Counted from the first letter of the stretch, positions 47,794 to 57,766 are shown. The stretch is DNA of 64,000 nucleotides from Candidatus Sericytochromatia bacterium (GCA_040400605.1 JBBAPZ010000004.1:80821-144820), one strand, 5' to 3'. Program-made: numbers and translations. Notes: generated by a model not told the origin, from the letters alone.

Positions 47794-49112
47794 GTGTCGT
47801 CGCTGTCTCCGATAAGGCAGAAGCTTGGTATTCGCGCTTGATGGACCAACTTGCCCGGCATGCTGTGGCGGGTTATCGGGCCGACGAGAGCGTTCGAGCG
47901 AGGGCTGCCTTGACTGCAGCGGTGTTGCCCGGGCAGCGTGACGAATCGTGGCGTTTTACTCCGTTGTCGCCTCTCTGGTCGATTGCGCCGGTGGTTGGGG
48001 GCGTTGCTCAAGAAGTTTTGCTCGCTCGGATCAGTCGCTACCTAGTTCCAGAGGCGGCCGGCAGATGCCTGGTTTTCGTGGATGGGGTGTTTCAGAGCGG
48101 CTTATCCGACCTTAGCGCGGTGGATGACGGCGTACGCTTTGCACCACTGAGTCAGGTCAGCGATGGTGAGTGGCGCTCGGAAGAAGGGGCGCTGTTTGCT
48201 GAAACGAACGAATTTTTCAGCCTCGTGAACCTGGCGTTGGAGCATGATGGCGCCTGTTTGCGCGTGCCCCGTGCCTGTCATGTTGGGGGAATCTATCAGA
48301 TTCTCTACGTTCAGACAGGGTTGAGCAAGGGGCTTTTGAGCGCGCCTCGAACGGTGATCGATGCTGGGAGCCAGTCGATGGTAGAGGTTGTGCAGTCTTT
48401 TGTGTCGCTGGATGAGGGAGAATACATACACAATGAGCTGACCGAGTGCTATGTGGCCCCAGGTGCTCGGCTAAGCCATACGCGCGTGCAGAGTGACTCG
48501 CGGCGAGCCGTTCATGTCGGCACTTGTGCAGTCGGTGTCGGACGTGATGGGCGTTATGATTTGGTGTCGATTACCTTGGGTGGTGCACTGAGTCGTTTTG
48601 TTCCCCATGTTTTGCAAAAGGGTACAGGTGTTGCAGTGAGTTTGAACGGGTTAGCCTTGCTCGGAGGAACCCAGATTGCTGACACGCACTCGGTGGTGGA
48701 TCACGCATTACCGCACGGTCACAGTATGCAGTTGCAAAAATCTATTGTCGCGGAGCGCGCCAAGGTGGTGTTTAACGGCAAGGTGATTGTACGGCCGGGT
48801 GCCCAGTTGACGGACTCTTCGCAGTCCAGTCGCAGTCTGCTGTTATCGCCCAAGGCGGCTGTCGATACCAAGCCGGAGCTGGAAATCTACGCGGATGATG
48901 TAAAGTGTTCGCATGGCGCAGCGATTGGTCAACTGGAGGAGGAGTCACTATTTTATCTGGCAAGTCGCGGCATACCCGAGCCTGCCGCCCGGGATCTATT
49001 AACGTACGCGTTCGCAGCGGAGGTGCTCGAGTCAGTTGCGGTGGGTAGTCTGCGCGAGCGTCTGCGGGATCTGATCCTGCGCCAGACTGATCGCACGAGG
49101 CAGACGCCGTGA
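47790..49112 (+). CDS. sufD: Fe-S cluster assembly protein SufD
   Basis: [37 protein letters not shown]. Confidence 0.95.
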   Translation: MSVVAVSDKAEAWYSRLMDQLARHAVAGYRADESVRARAALTAAVLPGQRDESWRFTPLSPLWSIAPVVGGVAQEVLLARISRYLVPEAAGRCLVFVDGVFQSGLSDLSAVDDGVRFAPLSQVSDGEWRSEEGALFAETNEFFSLVNLALEHDGACLRVPRACHVGGIYQILYVQTGLSKGLLSAPRTVIDAGSQSMVEVVQSFVSLDEGEYIHNELTECYVAPGARLSHTRVQSDSRRAVHVGTCAVGVGRDGRYDLVSITLGGALSRFVPHVLQKGTGVAVSLNGLALLGGTQIADTHSVVDHALPHGHSMQLQKSIVAERAKVVFNGKVIVRPGAQLTDSSQSSRSLLLSPKAAVDTKPELEIYADDVKCSHGAAIGQLEEESLFYLASRGIPEPAARDLLTYAFAAEVLESVAVGSLRERLRDLILRQTDRTRQTP

Positions 49113-50353
49113 ACGATGTCCTTTTTCCAGCACCGGACTTTGATTTGGCGGCCGTACGAGCTGACTTTCCGGTTTTAAGCCAGTCGGTCCACGGCAAGCC
49201 GCTGTGTTACCTCGACAATGCGGCCAGTGCGCAAACGCCGCGTACGGTGATTGAGCGTTGGATGACCTATCAGTCGACGATGCACGCCAACGTCCATCGT
49301 GGTGTTCATACGCTCAGTCAGCGTGCCACGGAAGCGTTTGAGTCAGCGCGCGAAACGGTGAGGGGTTTCATCAATGCCAGGCACGCTCATGAGGTCATTT
49401 GGACGCGTGGCGCGACAGAAGCGGTTAATTTGGTGATGCATGGTTATGGACGGACATTCATGCAGGCGGGTGATGAAATTGTCGTTTCGACCCTTGAGCA
49501 TCATGCCAACATCGTGCCGTGGCAGATGTTGTGCGAGGAGCGCGGTTGCGTTCTGCGAGTCGTCCCGATTAGCGATTCCGGCGTTTTGGACTGGGATGCC
49601 TATTGTGCTTTGATTGGTCCTAAGACGCGGATGGTCGCGATGACGCACGTGTCCAACGCGCTTGGCACGGTGGTGCCGATTAAAGCCGTCATTGATGCCG
49701 CTCATGGCGTCGGCGCGCTGGTTTTGGTGGATGGCGCCCAAGCGGCGCCGCACTTGGGGGTGGACGTTCAGGCGCTGGATTGCGATTTTTATGTCTTTAG
49801 CGGCCACAAACTGTGTGGACCGACTGGCATTGGCGTTCTCTATGGAAAGTCTGAGTTGCTTGAACGCATGCGGCCCTACCAGGGGGGTGGGGACATGATT
49901 GCACAGGTGACTTTTGACAAGACAACCTATAATCGTCTTCCGTACAAGTTTGAGGCCGGGACACCGGCCATTGCCAATGCCATCGCGCTGGCGTCTGCAA
50001 TTGAGTATGTCGGTGCGATTGGTCTTTCGCGTATCGCGGCTTGGGAGCAAGCGCTCTTGGATTATGCGACGCGGTTGTTGTCAAGCGAAGCGGGGGTTCG
50101 CATTCTTGGTACGGCACCGGACAAGATTGGCGTGGTCTCGTTTGCGCTGGAGGGTGTGCATCCGCATGACATCGGGTCGATCCTGGATGGGGAAGGTATT
50201 GCCATTCGTGCGGGTCATCATTGTGCCCAGCCTTTGATGCAACGACTTGGTGTGCCGGCCACGGCGCGCGCGTCTTTCGCCTTTTACAATACCTTGGATG
50301 AGGTTGAACGCCTCGTGGCAGGTGTTCGTTTGGTCAAGGAGATTTTTGGCTGA
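49109..50353 (+). CDS. sufS: Cysteine desulfurase SufS
   Basis: YLDNAASAQ, EHHANIVPW, SGHK, EAGTP, RAGHHCAQP. Confidence 0.97.
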   Translation: MNDVLFPAPDFDLAAVRADFPVLSQSVHGKPLCYLDNAASAQTPRTVIERWMTYQSTMHANVHRGVHTLSQRATEAFESARETVRGFINARHAHEVIWTRGATEAVNLVMHGYGRTFMQAGDEIVVSTLEHHANIVPWQMLCEERGCVLRVVPISDSGVLDWDAYCALIGPKTRMVAMTHVSNALGTVVPIKAVIDAAHGVGALVLVDGAQAAPHLGVDVQALDCDFYVFSGHKLCGPTGIGVLYGKSELLERMRPYQGGGDMIAQVTFDKTTYNRLPYKFEAGTPAIANAIALASAIEYVGAIGLSRIAAWEQALLDYATRLLSSEAGVRILGTAPDKIGVVSFALEGVHPHDIGSILDGEGIAIRAGHHCAQPLMQRLGVPATARASFAFYNTLDEVERLVAGVRLVKEIFG

Positions 50354-50853
50354 TGGATCCGCGTAACGCCTTGTATAATCAGTTGATACTTGACCACAAC
50401 AAAAAGCCCCGTAATTTTGGAAAGCTGCCGGACGCGACTCACGAGGCCGAAGGTTTGAATCCTTTATGTGGTGATCACCTGCAACTCGGCTTGAGGATTG
50501 ATGGTGATCGTGTCGAGGCAATTGGCTTTCAGGGCACGAGTTGCGCGATTTGCCAAGCATCGGCATCAGTCATGACGACCCAAGTCAAGCACAAGTCGGT
50601 GGCTGATGCCCGGCAGTTAATCAGTGACTTTCGTGCGGTCATCACCGGTGACACAGGCGCCGTTAGCATCGCGAATCAAGGCAACCGTTACTTTGGTGCG
50701 TTTGCAGGTATTTCAAACCTGCCATCACGTGTGAAATGCGCGGTATTGCCTTGGCATACACTGCAATCCGCGCTTGGTGGCGCCAAAACGGCAACAACGG
50801 AAGGTGACGCCGATCCCGCTGCATTCAAGGAAACCAGCCATGCCGAAAATTGA
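50353..50853 (+). CDS. sufU: SUF system NifU-family protein SufU
   Basis: ILDHNKKPRN, NPLCGD, SCAICQASAS, RVKCA. Confidence 0.93.
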   Translation: MDPRNALYNQLILDHNKKPRNFGKLPDATHEAEGLNPLCGDHLQLGLRIDGDRVEAIGFQGTSCAICQASASVMTTQVKHKSVADARQLISDFRAVITGDTGAVSIANQGNRYFGAFAGISNLPSRVKCAVLPWHTLQSALGGAKTATTEGDADPAAFKETSHAEN

Positions 50854-51397
50854 TGACATTGAATTTACACCCAACCCGAATGCCAAGCGATTCATTTTGA
50901 AAGAGCCACTCACCCTTGGTGTCGTACGTTCTTATGACGAGCCCGCGCAAGCCAGCGATGATCCGTTGGCTTCGGCTTTGTTTACTAATCCTGCTGTGCG
51001 CAGTGTTTATTATGTCGGGAAATACCTGACGGTTACGCAAGATGGTAGTGTCAAGTGGCCGGAGTTGGAACGCGAGTTGGCGGTTCCGATTCGCGCGACA
51101 AGTGCGGCCGATGTTCAGGCGATGCATCGTGTTGCTGAAGCCAGCAAAATAAGTCATTTGTCTGATGACGATCAGGCGCGTTTAAGGATCATTGAAGCAT
51201 TGCTTGATGACAAGGTGCGTCCCGCGTTGATGATGGATGGTGGGGGCCTCGAAGTAGTGAGCCTGGCGGGCAATCGGCTGGAGATTCATTATCAGGGCGC
51301 TTGTGGCACGTGCCCTAGTTCGCTGTCGGGGACGCTTGGGGGTATTGAGGGCTTGCTGAAGACGATTGAGCCTGATATCCAACTGGTTGCTGTGTGA
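50840..51397 (+). CDS. NifU/Nfu family Fe-S carrier with N-terminal scaffold domain
   Basis: TPNPNAKRF N-domain; VRPAL.MDGG, QGACGTCPSS. Confidence 0.9.
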   Translation: MPKIDDIEFTPNPNAKRFILKEPLTLGVVRSYDEPAQASDDPLASALFTNPAVRSVYYVGKYLTVTQDGSVKWPELERELAVPIRATSAADVQAMHRVAEASKISHLSDDDQARLRIIEALLDDKVRPALMMDGGGLEVVSLAGNRLEIHYQGACGTCPSSLSGTLGGIEGLLKTIEPDIQLVAV

Positions 51398-51421
51398 CGC
51401 TTTTTTCAGGAGATACGGTTC

Positions 51422-52843
51422 GTGGGTGATCGCTTTGACCTGGTTGTGATTGGCGATGAGACGGAAGCGTGTCTGGGGGCGGTTGCTGCCGCCCGTGCCG
51501 GTGCCCGTGTTTGTTTGCTGGCGCCGCCTGATACACTGCTTGGTGGTCTCTTGACTGAAGATGGACTTGCCTTTGTCGACCGCGACAGCCGTCATTTGAC
51601 CCGGCCGACGCAAAGTCCCCACGACGGTATTTTTGCGGAGTTTCTTCAGCGTGCGAATGTGTCATTGGTCGCGTTGGAACCCGCTGTTGGTCACGCCACG
51701 CTTGCCCTCATGCTAGCTGAAGCGTCAGTGACGGTGGTTTTCGCGTCCCAATGGCAACCCGTGATTCAAGAAGGCGTTGTCAGCGCCGTTCGTTTGTCAC
51801 CCGATGTGAGTCTGGAAGCCAGATTTTTTTTGGATTGCACACCGGATGGAGATTTCGCCGAGGCTTGCGGCGTGCGCTTCGCCCAGGGTTTTGGAGAGTA
51901 TGGGATCGGTCGTTATCTGGGTGTCAGTCCGTTGCCCGTGGTTGAGGGTGTCACACCCGTTTGCATACAAGAAACGTGTGAACGTTTGGCGCGTGATCCG
52001 GGGTTGGTTGGGCTCAAAGAACGCCTTTTTGGCGATCGCCCCTTCTTGCCCTTTGACGCAGCGGAAGATTACGTAGTGGTTGGACCGCCCTATTTGGGCC
52101 TGGCTTTTGCGCGTTGGCGCGAAGCGCAAGGCTCAAAATGTCGCCATGTATTCGAAGCAGATGGTTTTAATGTGGCGGTACTGGGAGAAAGTCGCACCTC
52201 GTGGAATGGACTTGTTTACTTTTGTGATGATCAGGAACATTTGTTGACGTTATCACGCAACGGTTGTGATGATGTTTTCTCACGGGAAGCGATACTCTTT
52301 GAGCGCTTCCTTGTTGAAAGCCTTGGGTGGGCTGATGCGCGGGTGACGATGCCGCGCGGCGTGTATGTCCGTCAAACACGACATGCGTTGGATGTGCGTC
52401 ACCGATTGGGCTTGGTGGAACTGGCCAACGGGTACTCAAGGCATTCGATTGGAACCTTTTCTTATTATCCGGATTTCAGAGGCTTCCGCACGGTGCGCGT
52501 TCCCGGGGCGTTGCACGCGCACGTCATTTTGGATGCCGGCATCTGTTCCACGATTCCCAATCTGGCGATCGCCTCCCGTGCCGCGGGGTACACGCCCTTT
52601 GCTCATTCCTTGTGCCGTTTGGTTCAGTACAATGTCACCCTCGCAGCGGCACTCGGCGTCAGTGTGACGATTGCGGAGCGAACCTTTGCGGAGGTTGATA
52701 TCCCGACACTTCGTGAAGAATTGAAAAAAGTGGGGGCACTGGCTGACGACCTGACAGGAACTGGTTTGCAGCCAAAAATGGTAGAAGGCTTGCTGGCGGA
52801 TGCCGTGATTGCGCAAGAAGTGGCAACGAATCGCAACGCGTAA
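51422..52843 (+). CDS. FAD-dependent oxidoreductase-like protein
   Basis: FDLVVIGD..A...AVAAARAG Rossmann start; LGGLLT, FFLDCTPDGD.A, YVRQTRH. Confidence 0.65.
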   Translation: MGDRFDLVVIGDETEACLGAVAAARAGARVCLLAPPDTLLGGLLTEDGLAFVDRDSRHLTRPTQSPHDGIFAEFLQRANVSLVALEPAVGHATLALMLAEASVTVVFASQWQPVIQEGVVSAVRLSPDVSLEARFFLDCTPDGDFAEACGVRFAQGFGEYGIGRYLGVSPLPVVEGVTPVCIQETCERLARDPGLVGLKERLFGDRPFLPFDAAEDYVVVGPPYLGLAFARWREAQGSKCRHVFEADGFNVAVLGESRTSWNGLVYFCDDQEHLLTLSRNGCDDVFSREAILFERFLVESLGWADARVTMPRGVYVRQTRHALDVRHRLGLVELANGYSRHSIGTFSYYPDFRGFRTVRVPGALHAHVILDAGICSTIPNLAIASRAAGYTPFAHSLCRLVQYNVTLAAALGVSVTIAERTFAEVDIPTLREELKKVGALADDLTGTGLQPKMVEGLLADAVIAQEVATNRNA

Positions 52844-53290
52844 CCATCAACCGTGGCGATGGTGCTTGGCGTTCTGTAATCGTGGGTCCTCATTTTGACG
52901 CTTCTGGGTCGCCTGTCAGATAAGTCAATTGTCGATTAAATCGGTGTTGTAATCTTTCAAACCGATGCTTCCGAACTTGTTGCGAACACCTTTTTGTCTT
53001 GCAAGCATTCAGACCTTCGCTGCAAGACATTCTGGAGATTGGGTCACGGGCTTGTTGATGAAATACATTCGAAGTCGTGAAACAAAATGGCGTCGTTGCA
53101 GGCGAAGTACTTTCATACCATCAACACCACGGCGTTTTAATCGTTTGTTGACCGGAGCAGCATGTCGCACGTGTATTGGGCCGAGGGATGCCGACTGTCA
53201 ATGGTTTCAGTTTCCTCCGCGTTATATCAACCGGGATCTTTGGGGTATAGTGACAGCAGATTGGCGCCCGACTTACACTGGAGGGGATTG

Positions 53291-53683
53291 ATGATGCGCG
53301 TTTTGGTAGTAGCCGTTGTTTGCGCTTTATCACTCCAGTTAACGACAGAAGCGGCGCAAGATCCGGCTCGCCCGCTTGAGGAAACATCAGGGCTGTCCCC
53401 GGAAGCGCGTCGGGAACGGTTGAAAGAGTTTAACCAGAAGCAGCGCGAATTCAGGCAGAAATGGCATGCGCTGGATCAGGAACGCAAGGCAGAACGTAAG
53501 CAACTGCGCGAACAGGCCAAAGCGCTGATGAGTGCTAAACAAAAAGCCCGCGCAGAAGCAAAACAGGCCGAATGGAAGACGCTGAGTCCCGAGCAGCGCC
53601 AAGCTCGCCGGGCAGAACGTGTAGCCAAAATGAAGGCGAAACGCTCGAAAAACCAGGAGGCTACCGACCAGAGCATCAGATAG
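53291..53683 (+). CDS. Secreted, highly charged helical protein (Spy/CpxP-like LSPE motifs)
   Basis: RBS GGAGGGG; signal peptide; GLSPEARR and TLSPEQR motifs. Confidence 0.7.
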   Translation: MMRVLVVAVVCALSLQLTTEAAQDPARPLEETSGLSPEARRERLKEFNQKQREFRQKWHALDQERKAERKQLREQAKALMSAKQKARAEAKQAEWKTLSPEQRQARRAERVAKMKAKRSKNQEATDQSIR

Positions 53684-54324
53684 GTGATCGACTATCGCAT
53701 CACGAAGGTTAGTGTGAATTATGACATTGTCAAGCTGGATGGTGACAAATTGCAATTTGGCGATCGTCCAGCTGATAACGACATGAGCACACCGGAAAAA
53801 CGGCCAACAAAACCCTCCCAAGTATACGCCAATCGGTATTGACGCAAACGTCAAATCATACAGGCTGCGCAGAGGCTGCCCGTTTTGGGCGCCCTTTCGT
53901 TGTTATGTCAAACGCGTCACAGCCTGAACCGACCCTTCGACACATCACTGCTTTGGTATCCCGTTTTTTGTTGACCACGAGGCCCCCTTGGCACCGATGA
54001 CACAAAACCGTGCTCAAGAAAATCACGTCCGCATTTCATAAACTTAAAGTGCTTGAATCCTCCGTTGGATGCTTGTTTCACGGCATTTTCCTCAAAACTG
54101 ACCCCAGTCGTTTCGCGGATCACAAACTATCAACTGACCACGCGATGACCTGTTTTCCAGAGTTTTCGCCGCGAACTTTCGAATACCCGTTCTGAACAAC
54201 CCAAGTTTAACAAGAAGTTTTTTAAAACATATATTAGCCTTAAGAATTTTTTGGCCCGTGATGACGATATGTCAGTTAGCGATTGTAATCACGGAGTTTT
54301 GTTTGGGATTGGCGTGTTGTGAGA

Positions 54325-54717
54325 ATGGATGGTGGGTTTGTGACCGATAATCAGAGCAGTGAGGTGCCCTTGTCTTGCGCCACGCCTTTTGATCACAGCG
54401 AGTTGTCTCGTTTGATGGCGGCATATGCGAGCTACGTATTTGTGACGAATGAAGAGGGCGTGGGCGCCCGTGCGATGTTTCGCGGACGCTGGCAGTGGCG
54501 GGCGGTTGAAAAACATCTCGACACTGCGCCCAAATGGATGGTGGTCGTGAATGAGCGCGCTTCGGGGTTCGTGCGATATCGGCTGTATGGTGCGGATCAA
54601 CTGGCGACGCGTTGCCTGGCAGAAGTTGAGATATACTTTTCGTACGGGCACGAACAGCAACAGTGTTTCTGGTACCGCGAGCTCGCCGCAGGTGGTGCGA
54701 TGGGGTACGCCGCTTGA
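54325..54717 (+). CDS. Hypothetical protein
   Basis: ~130-aa ORF after an AT-rich promoter-like stretch, co-oriented with downstream genes. Confidence 0.55.
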   Translation: MDGGFVTDNQSSEVPLSCATPFDHSELSRLMAAYASYVFVTNEEGVGARAMFRGRWQWRAVEKHLDTAPKWMVVVNERASGFVRYRLYGADQLATRCLAEVEIYFSYGHEQQQCFWYRELAAGGAMGYAA

Positions 54718-54818
54718 CGCGGATAGACCTTTTTGTAATGCAGCAGTTTTGGATCCGTGATCGGTGGTGATGATCGCGGGCATATCCGGTACAATGCGCA
54801 ACATGGTTTAATCAACGC

Positions 54819-56093
54819 ATGTCGGATAAGGTCTCAGAACCCAAAGGCAAGGCATTCATCAGACCAACACGGGTTGGAGCGGCTCATCCGAAGCACATAA
54901 GCACGCTCGGTACGGCTAATAACACCGGCGCAATCACTTATTTTTTGTTGGCGATCATGCTAGGGGTGTTTCTGGTGGCACAGCCGCCAGATGAGCAGGA
55001 TGTTTATTGGTTGCTACGTTACGGCGCTAATTACGGTCCATTGATTGCAGCGGGAGATTACTGGCGTTTATTGAGTTCGCAGTTTTTGCATCACGGTCTT
55101 TTGCACCTCTTCGTCAATGGCTATAGCCTCTTTATGATTGTTCCTTTGGTCGCGCGCCGGCTTGGCGCGCTCGGCGTTTTTTGGATTTTTTTGTTTTCAG
55201 GCGCTGCGGGGGGACTTGCCAGTTTCTCGTTTCATCCGGAGGTGGTGAGCGTTGGCGCGTCAGGCGCTTTGTTCGGGCTGCTCGGCGCCATTTTGATGCT
55301 GGAGTGGAACAGTCCAAAAGGTAGTGACGGACGTCGGGTTTGGTATCTGAGTCTGACCACGTTACTGCTGAACGTATTTTTGGGAGCTTTTGTTCCAAAT
55401 TTGGATCATGCCGCGCATTTCGGCGGTTTGCTTGGTGGCCTTTTGTTTTGTCGGGTGGCGGGTGGTTTGGTCTGGTTTGAAACACTGTTTGGATCGTGGC
55501 TTCCCATCGGCGTCATCACGATATCTATCGCATGTTGCTGCGGATGGATGATTCACCTGGAAGCAACAGGTGTCCGCCAGCCGCTACGTGAGGTTTTAAA
55601 CCGTAATGTTGCGTGTTCGTTTCAACTGCCTGCACACTATATGATTCAGGCTTTTGGGGAAGACTGCGTATTGTCTCCTGATGGTCGGAGCTTGATTATC
55701 GTTCGCTCTTTGACCGGTCACCTTTCGGATAATATGTTGCGTCCTACCGTGAACGAAATATCAACGGACTCTTTCAACCCACACGCTTCCTTGATCGCGT
55801 TATTGCGAGCGCAAGGACTTAATCCCACTGCCGGGCCCGAAGTGAGTCAACGGGGTAAACAGGGTTATCTGAAGTTTCAGCAAGCGTGGACTTCATCACG
55901 TGAGCCGTCATCATTGCCCAATCAATCTGCTGATGCTATTTACGTATTCTCGAATCCCGAACGTGTCGTATTGGTGATGACGCGAGGGCGCGCATTCAAT
56001 GGCCGACTGGAACAGGGATTGGCGAGCGTGCTGGAAACGTTGACGATACTTGAACCTGAGCATAGCTTTGGTCGGTTGAGAGGAGCCTCATAA
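54819..56093 (+). CDS. Rhomboid intramembrane serine protease with soluble C-terminal domain
   Basis: YWRLL, H...LHL.VN, VGASG (Ser), DHAAHFGG (His). Confidence 0.9.
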   Translation: MSDKVSEPKGKAFIRPTRVGAAHPKHISTLGTANNTGAITYFLLAIMLGVFLVAQPPDEQDVYWLLRYGANYGPLIAAGDYWRLLSSQFLHHGLLHLFVNGYSLFMIVPLVARRLGALGVFWIFLFSGAAGGLASFSFHPEVVSVGASGALFGLLGAILMLEWNSPKGSDGRRVWYLSLTTLLLNVFLGAFVPNLDHAAHFGGLLGGLLFCRVAGGLVWFETLFGSWLPIGVITISIACCCGWMIHLEATGVRQPLREVLNRNVACSFQLPAHYMIQAFGEDCVLSPDGRSLIIVRSLTGHLSDNMLRPTVNEISTDSFNPHASLIALLRAQGLNPTAGPEVSQRGKQGYLKFQQAWTSSREPSSLPNQSADAIYVFSNPERVVLVMTRGRAFNGRLEQGLASVLETLTILEPEHSFGRLRGAS

Positions 56094-56419
56094 TGGAACT
56101 TCGCGATACGACCCTCGCGGTTAATCAAGCCCCGAGGGATGACAACAACTACCTTTATCATCTCGAATCGGCAAATGGTCGATGGGCGATCGCCATCGAA
56201 CACTTCCGAGAAGCTCATTTCAATGTTTGTGTGATGTACCGCGACCCAGACTGGGATTTACACGGCGTCATTCGCTACTGGAAATGTTCCGCCCGGGACA
56301 TGGCAGAGGCGCGTTTTTTGGCGCTACAAAATCTGTTTGCAAATTTGGATGCCGACTTGGCCCTGACGGATATGTTGCGACATTTACCACCCGAAGAACG
56401 TCATGCGCCAACAAATTGA
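56093..56419 (+). CDS. Hypothetical protein
   Basis: TAATG overlap with rhomboid stop; RBS GAGGAG. Confidence 0.7.
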   Translation: MELRDTTLAVNQAPRDDNNYLYHLESANGRWAIAIEHFREAHFNVCVMYRDPDWDLHGVIRYWKCSARDMAEARFLALQNLFANLDADLALTDMLRHLPPEERHAPTN

Positions 56420-56515
56420 TGAACGAGTGCTGTCTGGTCGTTTGTGACCCCGGTCTCAGACACATGCGCTGCCCTGCCATAAGCTGGCTATGTCATTGTG
56501 GTGAGGAGGGGAGCC

Positions 56516-56965
56516 GTGTTAGCAGAACAGAACGATGTTCAAGGTGAAGTTACTCGAGGTGAACATGCACACTCGGTGCATCAGTCGGAGGCGACCGCCA
56601 GTGCCGCACGTGATGCGGATCCTTACGCGGTCATTGAGTTCTTGCTTAAAAAAATCGAAGAACAACAGCAACGGGTCGGTGAACTGGATGCGTACCAAGA
56701 ACTGCTCAACACCGAAGTTGAAGCACTCAAGTCACAACTGCATACATCGCGTAGCGAATTGGAGCAGCAATTGTCTGATTATGACGTACTCATGCAAAAC
56801 AGTCTGGTCCAGGAACAGGAGCTAGAATCGTTGCGCGCTGCAGTTCGGGAGCATCAACAAAAACAGGCGCAACCCCGTATTCAATTGCCGTTCCATACGA
56901 GCCAACGCTTGGCGAATCTCGGTTTCAGTTACACGTCCACCCCGTCCCACCGCGTAGCGGGCTAA
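56516..56965 (+). CDS. Hypothetical coiled-coil protein
   Basis: RBS GAGGAGG before GTG 56516; heptad-rich E/Q/L segment. Confidence 0.7.
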   Translation: MLAEQNDVQGEVTRGEHAHSVHQSEATASAARDADPYAVIEFLLKKIEEQQQRVGELDAYQELLNTEVEALKSQLHTSRSELEQQLSDYDVLMQNSLVQEQELESLRAAVREHQQKQAQPRIQLPFHTSQRLANLGFSYTSTPSHRVAG

Positions 56966-57193
56966 AGCGGCGCGCTACAGTCAGGCACGGGTTTTTGTTC
57001 GAAACTTAGGCGGCGCACTCAAAACCGTCGGCACTGACTCACTGTTATTTAATGACAGCGAAAATTCGATCAACAATTAACACGTTTGTGTATAACCGAA
57101 CCGGCTTGAGACCTTTTGTCGTGACGGCCTGAATGCGGTTCGGGTGGTCACTGGGTTGTGCACGAACGTGTCGCCGTCTGTTCGTTATGGAGC

Positions 57194-57223
57194 GTGACAC
57201 AAAATCTCATTAAACATTATAAT
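57194..57223 (+). promoter_or_regulatory. Sigma70-type promoter
   Basis: GTGACA-N18-TATAAT upstream of the 57305 ORF. Confidence 0.55.
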
Positions 57224-57304
57224 ATTGAACGGTGCTACACCATCTTGCCCGTAGAGCGATGCGAAACCGGGCACTCGCGCAAAACTTGATCGTCAGGAGG
57301 TTCA

Positions 57305-57766
57305 ATGATGCACCCCACGCAGATCGGTCAGCAGTTTATTTCTGTGATGACCTCGACTGAGTCGCATTTGATCGCGAATGTGATCGAACAGGCTCAGAGA
57401 GCGTCGTCGAAGATTGCCTCGTATGTTCCGCTGGTGCGACAAATGCAAGATGCGGGCACGTCGTTCCTTGTTGCTCACCGTACAAACGTCGACCGCAGCA
57501 CGCCGGAAGCGGTCGGTGTGGTTGGTTATCGCTGGGATCAACACGACGTGGTCGTTGAGTTGATTATATTTAACGAGCACTGTGACACGACTGCGGTTTT
57601 GCGGCGGCTTTTGCAATCCACCGAGTCCATCTCGTTGGCACTGGGCGCCAAGGCCGTTCGCATCGACGGCGTCGGTATTGTCCATGCGGAGATGCTGGCG
57701 AACTTGAGCTATGGCCATGATCCACTGCGCCAACAATGGCGAAAGCAGCTGGACCGTTGGCTGTGA
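57305..57766 (+). CDS. Hypothetical protein, degenerate GNAT-like fold
   Basis: RBS AGGAGG; 'VGVVGY..VELIIF..VLRRLLQSTESISLALGAKAVRID' follows the GNAT secondary-structure pattern. Confidence 0.65.
   Translation: MMHPTQIGQQFISVMTSTESHLIANVIEQAQRASSKIASYVPLVRQMQDAGTSFLVAHRTNVDRSTPEAVGVVGYRWDQHDVVVELIIFNEHCDTTAVLRRLLQSTESISLALGAKAVRIDGVGIVHAEMLANLSYGHDPLRQQWRKQLDRWL

Noticed and set aside
57246..57294. SAH-riboswitch-like GAGCGATGCGA inside a TGCCCG/CGGGCA stem
   Set aside because: The required downstream pseudoknot partner and P2/CAGG elements are missing; the downstream gene is unrelated to SAH recycling
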